Made by a program: the position numbers and the translations under genes. From a virus, in the IMG/VR virus record IMGVR_UViG_3300006737_000029, positions 8,126-72,125 of that record: a DNA stretch of 64,000 bases; one strand, given 5' to 3'. The notes below the pieces were generated by a model. That model was given only the letters and a program-made list of their open reading frames with translations. It was not told the origin of the DNA and did no database searches. This document shows, piece by piece, positions 37,496-47,470 of this stretch (positions within the stretch are counted from its first letter, which is position 1; the number at the start of each line of letters is the position of its first letter).

Positions 37496-40261
37496 ATGAA
37501 AGTATTAAGCGCAATGCAATTAAAGAATGGTGCTAAAGCAGAAGGGGCTCATGTTGCTGCATCATTAACTCAACCACTACAATTTTTACCTGCTAAAGAA
37601 AAGGATGATCAGTGGGCTGCGTGGAATCTTGATTGGTTAGAAAAAAGAGGTCTTGATTATCTTAGAGATAATGCAAGAAAAGTTTTAAAAAATTATAAGT
37701 TAGCAAAAGGTATAATTGATAAAACAGATTACATCATTGAAGAAGATAATGATTATACACAATTAATTGATATTCTAACTAAAGAAGATGAGACTGCATT
37801 AGAACTTAAATTTTATCCTATTATACCAAATGTAATAAATGTTTTAGTTGGGGAATTCTCTAAAAGATATTCTAAAGTACAATTTAGAGCTGTTGATGAT
37901 ACATCTTACAATGAGATGTTAGAGCAAAAAAGATTACAGATTGAAGAAACATTACTATCTGATGCAAAAAGTAAGTTAATGTTAAGCATGATAAAACAAG
38001 GTGCTGATCCACAATCAGAAGAATTCCAACAAGCTACTGCACCAGAAACATTAAAATCATTACCAGAAATACAAGACTTTTTCTCTAAAGACTATAGAAG
38101 TATGGTAGAAGAATGGGCACATCATCAGTTAAATGTTGATGAGGAAAGATTTAAAATGCAAGAACTTGAAGAAAGAGCATTTAGAGATATGCTTATTTGT
38201 GATAGAGAGTTTTGGCATTTTAAAATGATGGAAGATGATTATAGTGTTGAGTTATGGAACCCTGCTTTAACATTCTATCAAAAATCTCCTGACTCAAGAT
38301 ATATATCTGATTCTAACTTTGTTGGTAAATGTGATATGATGAGTGTTGCTGATGTTATAGACAACTTTGGATATTTAATGACTGCAGATCAACTTAAATC
38401 TTTAGAAAGATTATATCCTGCAGCAAATGCAATATATTTAGATAATGGACATCAAAATGATGGTTCATATTATGATGCTACAAGATCACATGAATGGAAT
38501 ACACAAAGACCTGGATTAGCTTATAGAAAACTTATGAGTAATCATGACTACAATGCTAGCTCATATGGTGGAGATATTGTTCAAGCTATTCTACAAGAAG
38601 GAGATGATATAGGAAAATGGGGTGATTATAATATGATGCGTGTTACAACATGTTATTGGAAAACACAGAGAAAAGTAGGACACCTTACTAGAATTACAGC
38701 AGACGGTGATCTATCACAAGAGATAATTGATGAAGGATATAAGATTACTGATAAACCTGTTTATAATACAAAACTATTTAAAGCTAAAACAAAAGAAAAT
38801 TTAATTCAAGGTGAACACGTTGATTATTTTTGGATTAATGAAGTTTGGGGTGGTATTAAAATTGGACCTAATGCTCCATCATCATGGAGAAGTGATACAA
38901 ATGAAGAATCTCCTATATATCTAGGTATAAATCAACAAAAGCCTGGTAGAATAGAATATCAGTTTAAAGGTGATGATTCATTATATGGATGTAAACTCCC
39001 AGTTGAAGGAAGAGTGTTCTCTGATAGAAACACAAGATCAACTTCTCTAGTAGACCTTATGAAACCATATCAAATTGGATACAATATGGTTAACAATCAA
39101 ATAGCAGACATACTAGTAGATGAATTAGGTACTGTAATTATGTTTGATCAAAATGCATTACCACGGCATTCAATGGGTGAAGATTGGGGTAAGAATAATT
39201 TAGCAAAAGCATATGTAGCAATGAAGGACTTTGGTATGATGCCGTTAGATACTTCTATTACTAATACAGAAAATGCTACTAACTTTAATCATTACCAAAC
39301 ATTAAACTTAGAACAAACAAATAGATTAATGTCAAGAATTCAATTAGCAAATCACTTTAAGACACAAGCTTTTGAATCAATTGGTATTAATCCACAACGT
39401 ATGGGTGGCGCAATTGCACAACAAACTGCAACAGGTGTAACACAAGCAATGAATCAGTCATATGCACAGACTGAGATGTATTTTACACAACACTCTGATC
39501 ACCTAATGCCACGTGTTCATCAGATGAGAACAGATTTATCACAATATTATCATAGTACAAACCCTTCAATTAGATTGAGTTATGTAACTACAGAGGCAGA
39601 AAAAGTTAATTTCCAGATAAATGGAACTAAGTTATTATTAAGAGATTTTAATGTATTCTGTACTACTAAGACTAATCATAGACAAATATTAGAACAGTTG
39701 AAACAAATGGCTCTTACTAATAATACAACAGGAGCTTCAATCTATGATCTTGGTAATGTTATTAAAGCAACAAGTATTGCTGAAGTTTCAGATGTACTTA
39801 AAGATGCTGAAGCTAAATCTCAACAACAACAGCAACAACAGCAGCAATCTCAACAGCAAATGGCTCAACAACAACAAGAAGCTGCTGCTAAAGAAGCTGA
39901 AGCTCAAAGACAATTTGAATCTCAAGAGAAGGAAAAAGAGAGACAGAAAGATATTACTGTTGCTGAAATTAGATCTGCAGGCTATGGAGCTATGCAAGAT
40001 ATTAATGAAAATAAACAAAGTGATTATATAGATGCGCTTGATGACATCCGTAAAAGAGATGAGTATAGAGAGCAAATGAATCTCAAAAGAGAACAAATAA
40101 CAGAAAAAAGATCATATGACAAAGATAAGTTAGCAATTGATAGAGAAAAATTAGCTACTCAAAGATCAATTGCTGATAAAAATCTTGCTATTGCAAGAGA
40201 AAATAAAAACAAATATGATGTTAAAACTGAGTCAAAATCTAATAAGAACAAGAAGAAATAA
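37496..40261 (+). CDS. portal protein
   Basis: 921 aa after terL; FYPIIPNVINVLVGE, SLVDLMKPYQIGYN, GINPQRMG, C-terminal coiled coil; crAss-like synteny. Confidence 0.85.
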   Translation: MKVLSAMQLKNGAKAEGAHVAASLTQPLQFLPAKEKDDQWAAWNLDWLEKRGLDYLRDNARKVLKNYKLAKGIIDKTDYIIEEDNDYTQLIDILTKEDETALELKFYPIIPNVINVLVGEFSKRYSKVQFRAVDDTSYNEMLEQKRLQIEETLLSDAKSKLMLSMIKQGADPQSEEFQQATAPETLKSLPEIQDFFSKDYRSMVEEWAHHQLNVDEERFKMQELEERAFRDMLICDREFWHFKMMEDDYSVELWNPALTFYQKSPDSRYISDSNFVGKCDMMSVADVIDNFGYLMTADQLKSLERLYPAANAIYLDNGHQNDGSYYDATRSHEWNTQRPGLAYRKLMSNHDYNASSYGGDIVQAILQEGDDIGKWGDYNMMRVTTCYWKTQRKVGHLTRITADGDLSQEIIDEGYKITDKPVYNTKLFKAKTKENLIQGEHVDYFWINEVWGGIKIGPNAPSSWRSDTNEESPIYLGINQQKPGRIEYQFKGDDSLYGCKLPVEGRVFSDRNTRSTSLVDLMKPYQIGYNMVNNQIADILVDELGTVIMFDQNALPRHSMGEDWGKNNLAKAYVAMKDFGMMPLDTSITNTENATNFNHYQTLNLEQTNRLMSRIQLANHFKTQAFESIGINPQRMGGAIAQQTATGVTQAMNQSYAQTEMYFTQHSDHLMPRVHQMRTDLSQYYHSTNPSIRLSYVTTEAEKVNFQINGTKLLLRDFNVFCTTKTNHRQILEQLKQMALTNNTTGASIYDLGNVIKATSIAEVSDVLKDAEAKSQQQQQQQQQSQQQMAQQQQEAAAKEAEAQRQFESQEKEKERQKDITVAEIRSAGYGAMQDINENKQSDYIDALDDIRKRDEYREQMNLKREQITEKRSYDKDKLAIDREKLATQRSIADKNLAIARENKNKYDVKTESKSNKNKKK
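39821..39877 (+). repeat. CAA/CAG poly-glutamine tract in the portal C-terminal coiled coil
   Basis: Encodes QQQQQQQQQSQQQMAQQQQ. Confidence 0.8.
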
Positions 40262-40330
40262 TATACTTAGCTATATACTACAAAAAACTTTACCTAAATT
40301 AAAAATTTTTAAGGTTTAATAATAAAAACT

Positions 40331-40342
40331 TTTGTATATTAT
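40331..40342 (+). promoter_or_regulatory. putative late-promoter motif TTTGTATATTAT
   Basis: Exact copy upstream of ORF 40383. Confidence 0.55.
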
Positions 40343-40382
40343 ATATGTAATAACCAAGAAGTTTAACTAAAACCAATATAAT

Positions 40383-41717
40383 ATGTCAGATAAAATGCAA
40401 CAAACAACGACAGTTCAAGAAGTAGATGTTAACCTAGATGAGATCTTTAATGGAGCTCCTGGGGCAGGATCTGTTGTTACTCCTGAAAAGGAAACTAAAA
40501 AACCAAATGTATTCTCAAAACCAGATAATGTAGATTTATCATTTTTAGATGATGGTAGCATTAACAACCCAACAGAAGAAGAGAGCAAACAAGATGGAGA
40601 AGAGGTTAATGCTTCTTCAACTGAAAATACTACAGCTGATTCACCAGAAGTTACAGAAACACCAAAAGCAGCTGAGGGAGGAGATACAGCTGGAACTGAA
40701 ACAGTTTCAAAAGATGAAGTAGATGAAATACTTAATGAAGGTTTAGATTTAGCTGAATCAGAAGATGAAAAATCTACTGCAAAAGGTAGAAAGAGAATTA
40801 ATGATATGGCTGATGTCTTCAAAAAAATGATTGAAAATGAAGAAATCATTCCGTTTGATGATGATAAAGACTTAGATGATTATTCTGCTAAAGACTGGAA
40901 AGAACTTATTCAAGCTAACATGAGTGAAAGAGCTAATAAAGTTAGAAGAGAAACTCCAAAGCAGTTCTTTAACAGTTTACCACAAGAATTACAAGTAGCT
41001 GCAAAATATGTAGCAGATGGTGGTACAGATTTAAAAGGTTTGTTTGGTGCACTAGCACAAACAGAAGAAGTAAGGTCACTTTCATTATCAGATGAAGATG
41101 GACAAGCTCACATTATAAGAGAATATTTAACTGCTACAGGATATGGTAGTCCAGAAGATATTCAAGAAGAAATAGAAATTTGGAAAGATTTAGGTAAACT
41201 TGAAAAGCAAGCATCTAAGTTTAAACCAAAATTAGATAAGATGCAAGAGCAAGTTGTTGCAAGAAAATTACAACAACAAGAACAAATGAAAGCTCAACAA
41301 CAAAAAGCATCAGAAAATTATATGGCTAATGTGTATCATACGCTAAAAGATGGTAAAGTAGGAGACATGAAGGTAAATAAGAAAACACAATCTCTATTAT
41401 ATAATGGACTTGTTAATCCTTCATACCCATCTATTAATGGTCAAAATACAAACTTATTAGGACACTTGTTAGAAAAGTATCAATTTGTTGAACCAAACTA
41501 TAACCTTGTTACTGAGGCACTATGGTTATTAGCTGATCCAAAAGGATACAAATCACAATTGATGACAAAAGGTACTAACAAAGCAGTTGAACAAACAGTT
41601 AGAAAATTAAAAACTGCACAGTCAACTAAAACTGCAAGTACAGGAGGAGTAGCTGAAACAAAAGCTTCAAGAAAAAGAACTCTACCAAGAAATCCTAATA
41701 TATTTAAAAGATTTTAA
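40383..41717 (+). CDS. acidic head assembly/scaffold-like protein
   Basis: Very acidic disordered N-half, helical C-half, located between portal and capsid genes. Confidence 0.55.
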   Translation: MSDKMQQTTTVQEVDVNLDEIFNGAPGAGSVVTPEKETKKPNVFSKPDNVDLSFLDDGSINNPTEEESKQDGEEVNASSTENTTADSPEVTETPKAAEGGDTAGTETVSKDEVDEILNEGLDLAESEDEKSTAKGRKRINDMADVFKKMIENEEIIPFDDDKDLDDYSAKDWKELIQANMSERANKVRRETPKQFFNSLPQELQVAAKYVADGGTDLKGLFGALAQTEEVRSLSLSDEDGQAHIIREYLTATGYGSPEDIQEEIEIWKDLGKLEKQASKFKPKLDKMQEQVVARKLQQQEQMKAQQQKASENYMANVYHTLKDGKVGDMKVNKKTQSLLYNGLVNPSYPSINGQNTNLLGHLLEKYQFVEPNYNLVTEALWLLADPKGYKSQLMTKGTNKAVEQTVRKLKTAQSTKTASTGGVAETKASRKRTLPRNPNIFKRF

Positions 41718-41762
41718 AAACTGAAACTATAACAATAATTATTAATTAAAAAAAGTGAAAAA

Positions 41763-43391
41763 ATGGCAACACCGGTTTTAAACAACGGTCTCTTTTTAAG
41801 AGACACCTCATACTCGGCTAGTTCACATATTGATTCATATCACTTAACACAAATGCTTGGTGACGCAGAGCCAATGGACATGGGTCCAGTGGAACTGTGG
41901 GCAATGACGCAAAAGGTAGAAATGCCTTTGTATCAGATGGCATCGTTTGGTGGTAAGAACACAATTATGGTTGACAATGCAAGAGGAGAGTACAAATGGC
42001 AGACTCCAATTTCAGAATCTTTACCAATGTCCCTAGGGAACTTGGCAGAGACTGCAAATGGAGCAGGTGCTGATGGTACACCTTTCAAGATCAGATTATC
42101 TAAAAGAGAATTTGGTCATGGAGACATCATTACCTATGACAAGTACAATGGTCTTGAATTCTACATTACTGCAGATGACATCGTTCCTGTAGGAGATGGA
42201 TGGGTTTATACTTGTACTTTAGTAAATAACGCTTCTGGCACAGGAATTGATGTTAAATATCTTGCTGCTGGAACTAAGTTCTTCAGAAAAGGTTCTGCAA
42301 GAGGTGAATATGGAGAAAGATTCTCTGATATTTCAACTGGAGCAGGGTTCAGAGAATTCTACAACTTTGTTGGAGGAGCTGAAGCACACGTACACTATTC
42401 AGTTTCATCACGTGCTGATCTTATGATCAAAGGTGGAATGAATGCTGATGGTACTGTACCTGTAACTGAGATTTGGAGAAACTTTGACAAGAACATTGAT
42501 CCTTCTTTAGATTCTATTGAGTCTATTGCTGGTGCAATGGGTAAAGACTATGTTAAAAAAGCATTTGATAATGGTTCTCTTTCTAGAACGTTCTTAACGT
42601 CTCTTGAAGCAGCACACCTTACTAAAATTGCTAATGACATTGAGTGTTACTTAATGTGGGGTCATGGTGGTAGAGTTAAGCAAGATGGACCGGATGATAT
42701 TAGATTATCAGTTGGTTTATGGAAGCAATTAGATAACTCTTTCAAACGTGTATACAACAAGTCAGCATTTAGCTTAGATATGTTCAAGAATGAACTTTAC
42801 AACTTCTACGCTGGAAAAGTTGAATTTGATGGTCCAGATCCAAAGAGACAATTAATTGTTCAAACTGGAATTGGAGGTATGCAGTTAGTAAATGCAGCTA
42901 TTAGCGCTGAAGTAAATGGCGTTTCTGGTAATAACGGAATGGTAACAAATCTTGATAACATTGGTGCAATCACTGGAAAGGGAATGGACTTAGGTTACGG
43001 ATTTGCTTACACAAGTTTTGTTATACCGTTCTTAGCAAACGTTAAGTTTGTATTGAACCCAGCATTTGATAACTTACATACTAATGACATTGAGAATCCA
43101 TTAGTAGATGGTCGTCCATTATCTTCTTACAGCTTCATCATCTTTGATGTAACTGATGAAGGAAATGACAACATTTACTTATTGAAACTTTCTTGGGATA
43201 ATGCTCTTAAGTGGTTCTACCAAAATGGTACTATGGACTACATGGGAAGATCACAAGGATTTGCTTCTTCAGGACACTTCAATGGTTATCGTGTAATGAT
43301 GACTCAAACCATGCCGGCTGTATGGGTTAAGGACCCAACTAAGGTACTTAAGATAGTTATGAGAAACCCAGTTACTGGAGGATCATTCTAA
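41763..43391 (+). CDS. major capsid protein
   Basis: 542 aa in the position expected after portal/scaffold; many C-ending codons suggesting high expression; strong terminator after it; ends VWVKDPTKVLKIVMRNP. Confidence 0.82.
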   Translation: MATPVLNNGLFLRDTSYSASSHIDSYHLTQMLGDAEPMDMGPVELWAMTQKVEMPLYQMASFGGKNTIMVDNARGEYKWQTPISESLPMSLGNLAETANGAGADGTPFKIRLSKREFGHGDIITYDKYNGLEFYITADDIVPVGDGWVYTCTLVNNASGTGIDVKYLAAGTKFFRKGSARGEYGERFSDISTGAGFREFYNFVGGAEAHVHYSVSSRADLMIKGGMNADGTVPVTEIWRNFDKNIDPSLDSIESIAGAMGKDYVKKAFDNGSLSRTFLTSLEAAHLTKIANDIECYLMWGHGGRVKQDGPDDIRLSVGLWKQLDNSFKRVYNKSAFSLDMFKNELYNFYAGKVEFDGPDPKRQLIVQTGIGGMQLVNAAISAEVNGVSGNNGMVTNLDNIGAITGKGMDLGYGFAYTSFVIPFLANVKFVLNPAFDNLHTNDIENPLVDGRPLSSYSFIIFDVTDEGNDNIYLLKLSWDNALKWFYQNGTMDYMGRSQGFASSGHFNGYRVMMTQTMPAVWVKDPTKVLKIVMRNPVTGGSF

Positions 43392-43407
43392 TCTTAATTA
43401 ACAATAT

Positions 43408-43447
43408 GAAAGAAGGGGGAGCCTAGTGCTCCTCCCACTTTCTTTTT
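43408..43447 (+). terminator. intrinsic terminator after the capsid gene
   Basis: GGGGGAGC-CTAGT-GCTCCTCCC stem followed by TTTCTTTTT. Confidence 0.75.
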
Positions 43448-43482
43448 AAACCAAAACTGTAATAACCAATAAAAATTTAAAA

Positions 43483-44496
43483 ATGGAAAACATAACAATT
43501 TTAGAAAAAACTGATGCTGTAAAAGATAGTGCAATTGCTATCCGTGCATATTTTAATCCTTCAAATGATAATATGGGATTAGAAAAATATAACATGTCAC
43601 TACATGAAGGAGCTTATCATAGTGAAAGTATTGCATGTTTAGAAAGAAATGGAATTAAAAGATATATAACAGGATTAAATGAGTTTGCTCCTGAAATAAA
43701 GTCATTACCTGCTGATCAAAAGAAAGCTAAGGTAAGACAAATTAGAGAAAACGTTATAGAACTTGAAAAAGAATTAGCATCTAATGTTATTGATATTGAT
43801 GATAAAGACTTTTGGAGTAAAGTTCAAGTAGTTAGACCTGATAATGATGCATTTTGGAATAAGATAGTTATAAAAGTAGGAAATGATCCTGTATATCTTG
43901 ACCCAAAAGTTGATGCATATGATAGAATTAAACTATTAGCTATTGAAGCTGGTGGTTTTTCTTTAGTTGCTGATAGTTTAGCTGCTGCTAAAACTACTGG
44001 TAAATATAAGTTTTACTTAGATAAAGTTATTGAAACTGCAGGTACAAGAACTAAAAATGCTAAAATTAGAAATAAAGCTCTTGGTATATTAAGTGATCTC
44101 TATGATGAAGATAAAACTAGACTTATGCATGTTGTTAAAATACTAACTTTTAATAGTGCACAGTATACTCATAGTACACCGCTTGATGTATTATATGAAG
44201 ATGCTGATGGTTATATAAATGGTGAGGGAAGAGAATCAGATGTATCAAAAGCTTCAAAGAATTTTATAGATGCTTCTAAACTTAGCTCTGAGGATTTACA
44301 TGTACACTCAATGATTAAAGATGCTTTAGCATTTAACATGCTAACAACTAAATCTGATGGATATATCTATGAGAAGAAGTCAAGTAGTAAAATTGCTACA
44401 ACAAGAGAAGGTGTTGCTGAGTATCTTAAGAATCCAGCAAATGATGAAATGTTAATGGGAATTAAAGCAGAAGTTGAATCAATGTTAAATAATTAA
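43483..44496 (+). CDS. conserved hypothetical protein downstream of the capsid gene
   Basis: 337-aa ORF in the structural operon. Confidence 0.65.
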   Translation: MENITILEKTDAVKDSAIAIRAYFNPSNDNMGLEKYNMSLHEGAYHSESIACLERNGIKRYITGLNEFAPEIKSLPADQKKAKVRQIRENVIELEKELASNVIDIDDKDFWSKVQVVRPDNDAFWNKIVIKVGNDPVYLDPKVDAYDRIKLLAIEAGGFSLVADSLAAAKTTGKYKFYLDKVIETAGTRTKNAKIRNKALGILSDLYDEDKTRLMHVVKILTFNSAQYTHSTPLDVLYEDADGYINGEGRESDVSKASKNFIDASKLSSEDLHVHSMIKDALAFNMLTTKSDGYIYEKKSSSKIATTREGVAEYLKNPANDEMLMGIKAEVESMLNN

Positions 44497-44498
44497 CA

Positions 44499-45203
44499 AT
44501 GAATAATACTACACTACAAATAAAATTTAGACAAAGACTAAACAAGCTTGCCAGCAATGACTATGATAACATAGAGTGTTGGCAAATTGTTGAATCTTTT
44601 AATAAAGCACAAATTGAGTGGTGTAGAAGACAACTTCATGGTTCTAATCCAACAAGAACGTCTGATGAACAAACTAAAAGACGTATTGATGACTTACAGA
44701 TATTATTAACAACACAACCAATTACAGGTTCAATGCAAAATGAGTATTTTTTGGGAACAAATTTTCCAAACAATTACATGGAGTATAAAAGGGTTGATAC
44801 AGATGCAACAACAGAATGTTGCAAAAAAGATCCTAGATCAATGACTGTCTACTTAGCTGAAGAAGCAAATGTAGATTTGATCATGAGAGATCCTTTAAAA
44901 AGACCTGATTTTGAATGGGGTGAAACTTTTTGTACGTTAGCAAATAATACAATAAGGATTTATAAAAGAGAATTTGATGTTGTTAATCCTAGAATTACCT
45001 TTTATAGAAAACCTAGAAATATTGAAATAGAAGGATGTTCTGACCCATATACTAATAATATTTCAGCAGCAGACATTGAATCTGAATTCAAAGATGATAT
45101 TGTTGAAGTAATAATAGATGAAGCTTGTGCAATTATAGCAGGAGATATAAATGATGCTAATAATTATATAAGAGGGCCACAACAAGCAGAGAAAAATAAT
45201 TAA
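44499..45203 (+). CDS. head-tail connector / tail ring protein
   Basis: N-terminal LNKLASN...FNKAQ helix and C-terminal FYRKP...EVIIDEAC pattern typical of crAss-like ring proteins. Confidence 0.55.
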   Translation: MNNTTLQIKFRQRLNKLASNDYDNIECWQIVESFNKAQIEWCRRQLHGSNPTRTSDEQTKRRIDDLQILLTTQPITGSMQNEYFLGTNFPNNYMEYKRVDTDATTECCKKDPRSMTVYLAEEANVDLIMRDPLKRPDFEWGETFCTLANNTIRIYKREFDVVNPRITFYRKPRNIEIEGCSDPYTNNISAADIESEFKDDIVEVIIDEACAIIAGDINDANNYIRGPQQAEKNN

Positions 45204-45223
45204 TAACTTAAAAATTAGAAACT

Positions 45224-45316
45224 ATGCCATACGGAAAAGGTACATACGGATCAAAGGTTGGAAGACCTCCTAAGAAGAAAAAAAAGAAAAAAACTACTAA
45301 AAAGAAAAAAAAGTAG
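45224..45316 (+). CDS. 30-aa lysine-rich peptide (not in ORF track)
   Basis: MPYGKGTYGSKVGRPPKKKKKKKTTKKKKK*; A-rich leader. Confidence 0.7.
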   Translation: MPYGKGTYGSKVGRPPKKKKKKKTTKKKKK

Positions 45317-45434
45317 TATATTAATATAGAAGGGATAAGAGTTCAGGTTTGGGTACTTTTATCTTGGATTTAACAAACCCATTCTTTTTGTAATTAAAAA
45401 AAGCCCTCTGAATACATAAGGAGGCACTATAAAA

Positions 45435-46628
45435 ATGGCGTATTTTAATCATGCTTATGTTAAGGCTGCTGTAATTAGCACCACAGAAGCAACAAAAGAT
45501 GTAGCTACCAAAGATTTAGCAAAAGGCGAGTTAGGTCTAGTAGATGCTGCAGATTATCAAACAGTAGTTTTTCCTACTGCAAATGATTCTCAAGTACCAT
45601 CTGAGTACCTATTAGTATTTGGTAACTACAATCAAACAGACACACTTGGTAATAACCCTGCAAGAGGAGGTTATGCTGAGTCAATTAAAACAAAAATGAT
45701 CAAACCAGCTTATGTTAACTCTCTTTGGAAACAAGATTGTGTAGTTGGTGCTGCTCAAACTATTGAAATTGTAATTCCTGATGGATGTTTCAAATGTGAT
45801 GGTTCTACAGTTGATCAAAATCAATTAAGAATTGATCTTAAAGGTGATGCGGTATTACGTTACTTAAACAGATTTTCTTATGTTACTTTAGACTACAGAG
45901 AGTGCTGTGCAAGTGGTACTGATGTTCCTGGAGCTGATGTTGTAGCTGCATGGGTAACTAGAATCAATGAAGATCCTTTATTAAATCCATTCATTACTGC
46001 AACTGCTGCAGCATCTGGTGGTACTAATAAAAAGTTAGTATTAACTGTTGATTATACTGCAACTTTCTTTGATAACTGTTCTTATGACACTAGAGACTGG
46101 TACGGAACTGCTCCGTTAAAAGTAATTGTTTCTCCAGTTGATGATGCTGGTGATCCTTGTACTAGTACATGTATGACTGCTACAGATGGAGGTGGTCAAG
46201 CTGTTACTGCTTTTGGTAAAAATGCTGCAATTGCAGTTACTACTAAATCTGAAACTACAGGTGAAACTGTTATTGAAGAAATCATTCTTGAAGGTAGATA
46301 CAGACAAGATGGTGGTTGGAATCAAGGTAATAAAGATTCTGCTAGAATGAGAGACATTCAGCATGGAGATGCATTACTTGGTTGTGGTACTGGTGCAGTA
46401 GATAGAACAGCATTCTATGCTTGTTATTACTTACAACACTCAGTTCCTAGATTTAACAATCCAACTGGAGTATTTGATAATGATCAATACATGTATAAGT
46501 TCTATGTACCTTGTACAACTACTAATGAAAAAGGTGAGGCTGTAACAAATCCTGAATTAGCAAAAATGGACTTCTTATGGAATTCATTAGCTAACAAGTC
46601 TGGATTAACTGTTACTGATTACGTATAG
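45435..46628 (+). CDS. virion structural protein (auxiliary capsid/decoration candidate)
   Basis: 397 aa, A/T/G/C-rich, strong terminator downstream. Confidence 0.55.
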   Translation: MAYFNHAYVKAAVISTTEATKDVATKDLAKGELGLVDAADYQTVVFPTANDSQVPSEYLLVFGNYNQTDTLGNNPARGGYAESIKTKMIKPAYVNSLWKQDCVVGAAQTIEIVIPDGCFKCDGSTVDQNQLRIDLKGDAVLRYLNRFSYVTLDYRECCASGTDVPGADVVAAWVTRINEDPLLNPFITATAAASGGTNKKLVLTVDYTATFFDNCSYDTRDWYGTAPLKVIVSPVDDAGDPCTSTCMTATDGGGQAVTAFGKNAAIAVTTKSETTGETVIEEIILEGRYRQDGGWNQGNKDSARMRDIQHGDALLGCGTGAVDRTAFYACYYLQHSVPRFNNPTGVFDNDQYMYKFYVPCTTTNEKGEAVTNPELAKMDFLWNSLANKSGLTVTDYV

Positions 46629-46653
46629 TAGTTAATTAGTTTATATACTAAAG

Positions 46654-46687
46654 AAAGAGTGAGGGTAAATTCTCACTCTTTTTTTTT
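46654..46687 (+). terminator. intrinsic terminator
   Basis: AAGAGTGAG-GGTAAATT-CTCACTCTT followed by a T-run. Confidence 0.85.
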
Positions 46688-46704
46688 CCTTTTTATTAAT
46701 ATAT

Positions 46705-46720
46705 TTTGTATATTATTAAT
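46705..46720 (+). promoter_or_regulatory. putative late-promoter motif TTTGTATATTATTAAT
   Basis: Immediately after a terminator, upstream of ORF 46756; 16-mer identical to 52941-52956. Confidence 0.6.
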
Positions 46721-46755
46721 AGATACTATATTATAATAAGGACTAAAATAATACT

Positions 46756-47301
46756 ATGGCTGCCAAACATATACTAAGCTTAGAAGTTTTACCTGTATCA
46801 AACACAGAAGTATTTAGTGTTAAAGATACAAGCACATATGCAAAAAATTTAAAAATAAGCTGCCCAGAATTGCTAATAACAGTTCCAGGATTTAATCAAC
46901 CAGCGTTAATTAAAGTTACTGAAAATTTTGATCTTACAATAAATGCTTGTGCATTAAATGTGCAAACAACAAATTGTAATAGCTCACGTGTTATGATTCC
47001 TGATGGTTTGTATATAATCAGGTATCAAGTTAGTCCTCATGATAAAGCCTATGTAGAATACAATCACTTAAGGGTTACCAATTTAATGAAGCAATATTAT
47101 GATAAATTATGCCAATTAGACCTTGCTCCATGCGTACCAACTTCAGAAAGAAAAAGATTATTAAGTGATCTTAATGACATTAGAATGTATATTGATGCAG
47201 CAGTAGCAAAAGTTGAATATGCAGCAAACCCAAATGCTGGATTAGAATTGTTTAACTTTGCTAAAAAATTATTAAGTAAAATTACTTGCCCTACATGTTA
47301 A
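46756..47301 (+). CDS. structural hypothetical protein
   Basis: IPDGLYIIRYQV Ig-like strand; Cys-rich C-terminus. Confidence 0.6.
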   Translation: MAAKHILSLEVLPVSNTEVFSVKDTSTYAKNLKISCPELLITVPGFNQPALIKVTENFDLTINACALNVQTTNCNSSRVMIPDGLYIIRYQVSPHDKAYVEYNHLRVTNLMKQYYDKLCQLDLAPCVPTSERKRLLSDLNDIRMYIDAAVAKVEYAANPNAGLELFNFAKKLLSKITCPTC

Positions 47302-47327
47302 ACCAATAACCAATAAACTATAAAATT

Positions 47328-47468
47328 ATGGCACAAACTTGTTCACATTGTAAAAGACAAATAGGATGCGGATGTCAACAAACAACCGCAAGTGATAAGA
47401 AAATTGTATGCAAAACGTGTAAATCAGCATATGAAGCTGCACTTGCTGCAGGATTAGTTAAAAAATAA
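47328..47468 (+). CDS. 46-aa Cys-rich peptide (not in ORF track)
   Basis: MAQTCSHCKRQIGCGCQQTTASDKKIVCKTCKSAYEAALAAGLVKK*; fills the gap and stops 2 nt before the next ATG. Confidence 0.7.
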   Translation: MAQTCSHCKRQIGCGCQQTTASDKKIVCKTCKSAYEAALAAGLVKK

Positions 47469-47470
47469 AG

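Noticed and set aside
719-43391. Introns or inteins in polB, dnaB, terL or the capsid gene
   Set aside because: All are single uninterrupted ORFs of ordinary size, with no intein (C...HN) or LAGLIDADG signature seen.
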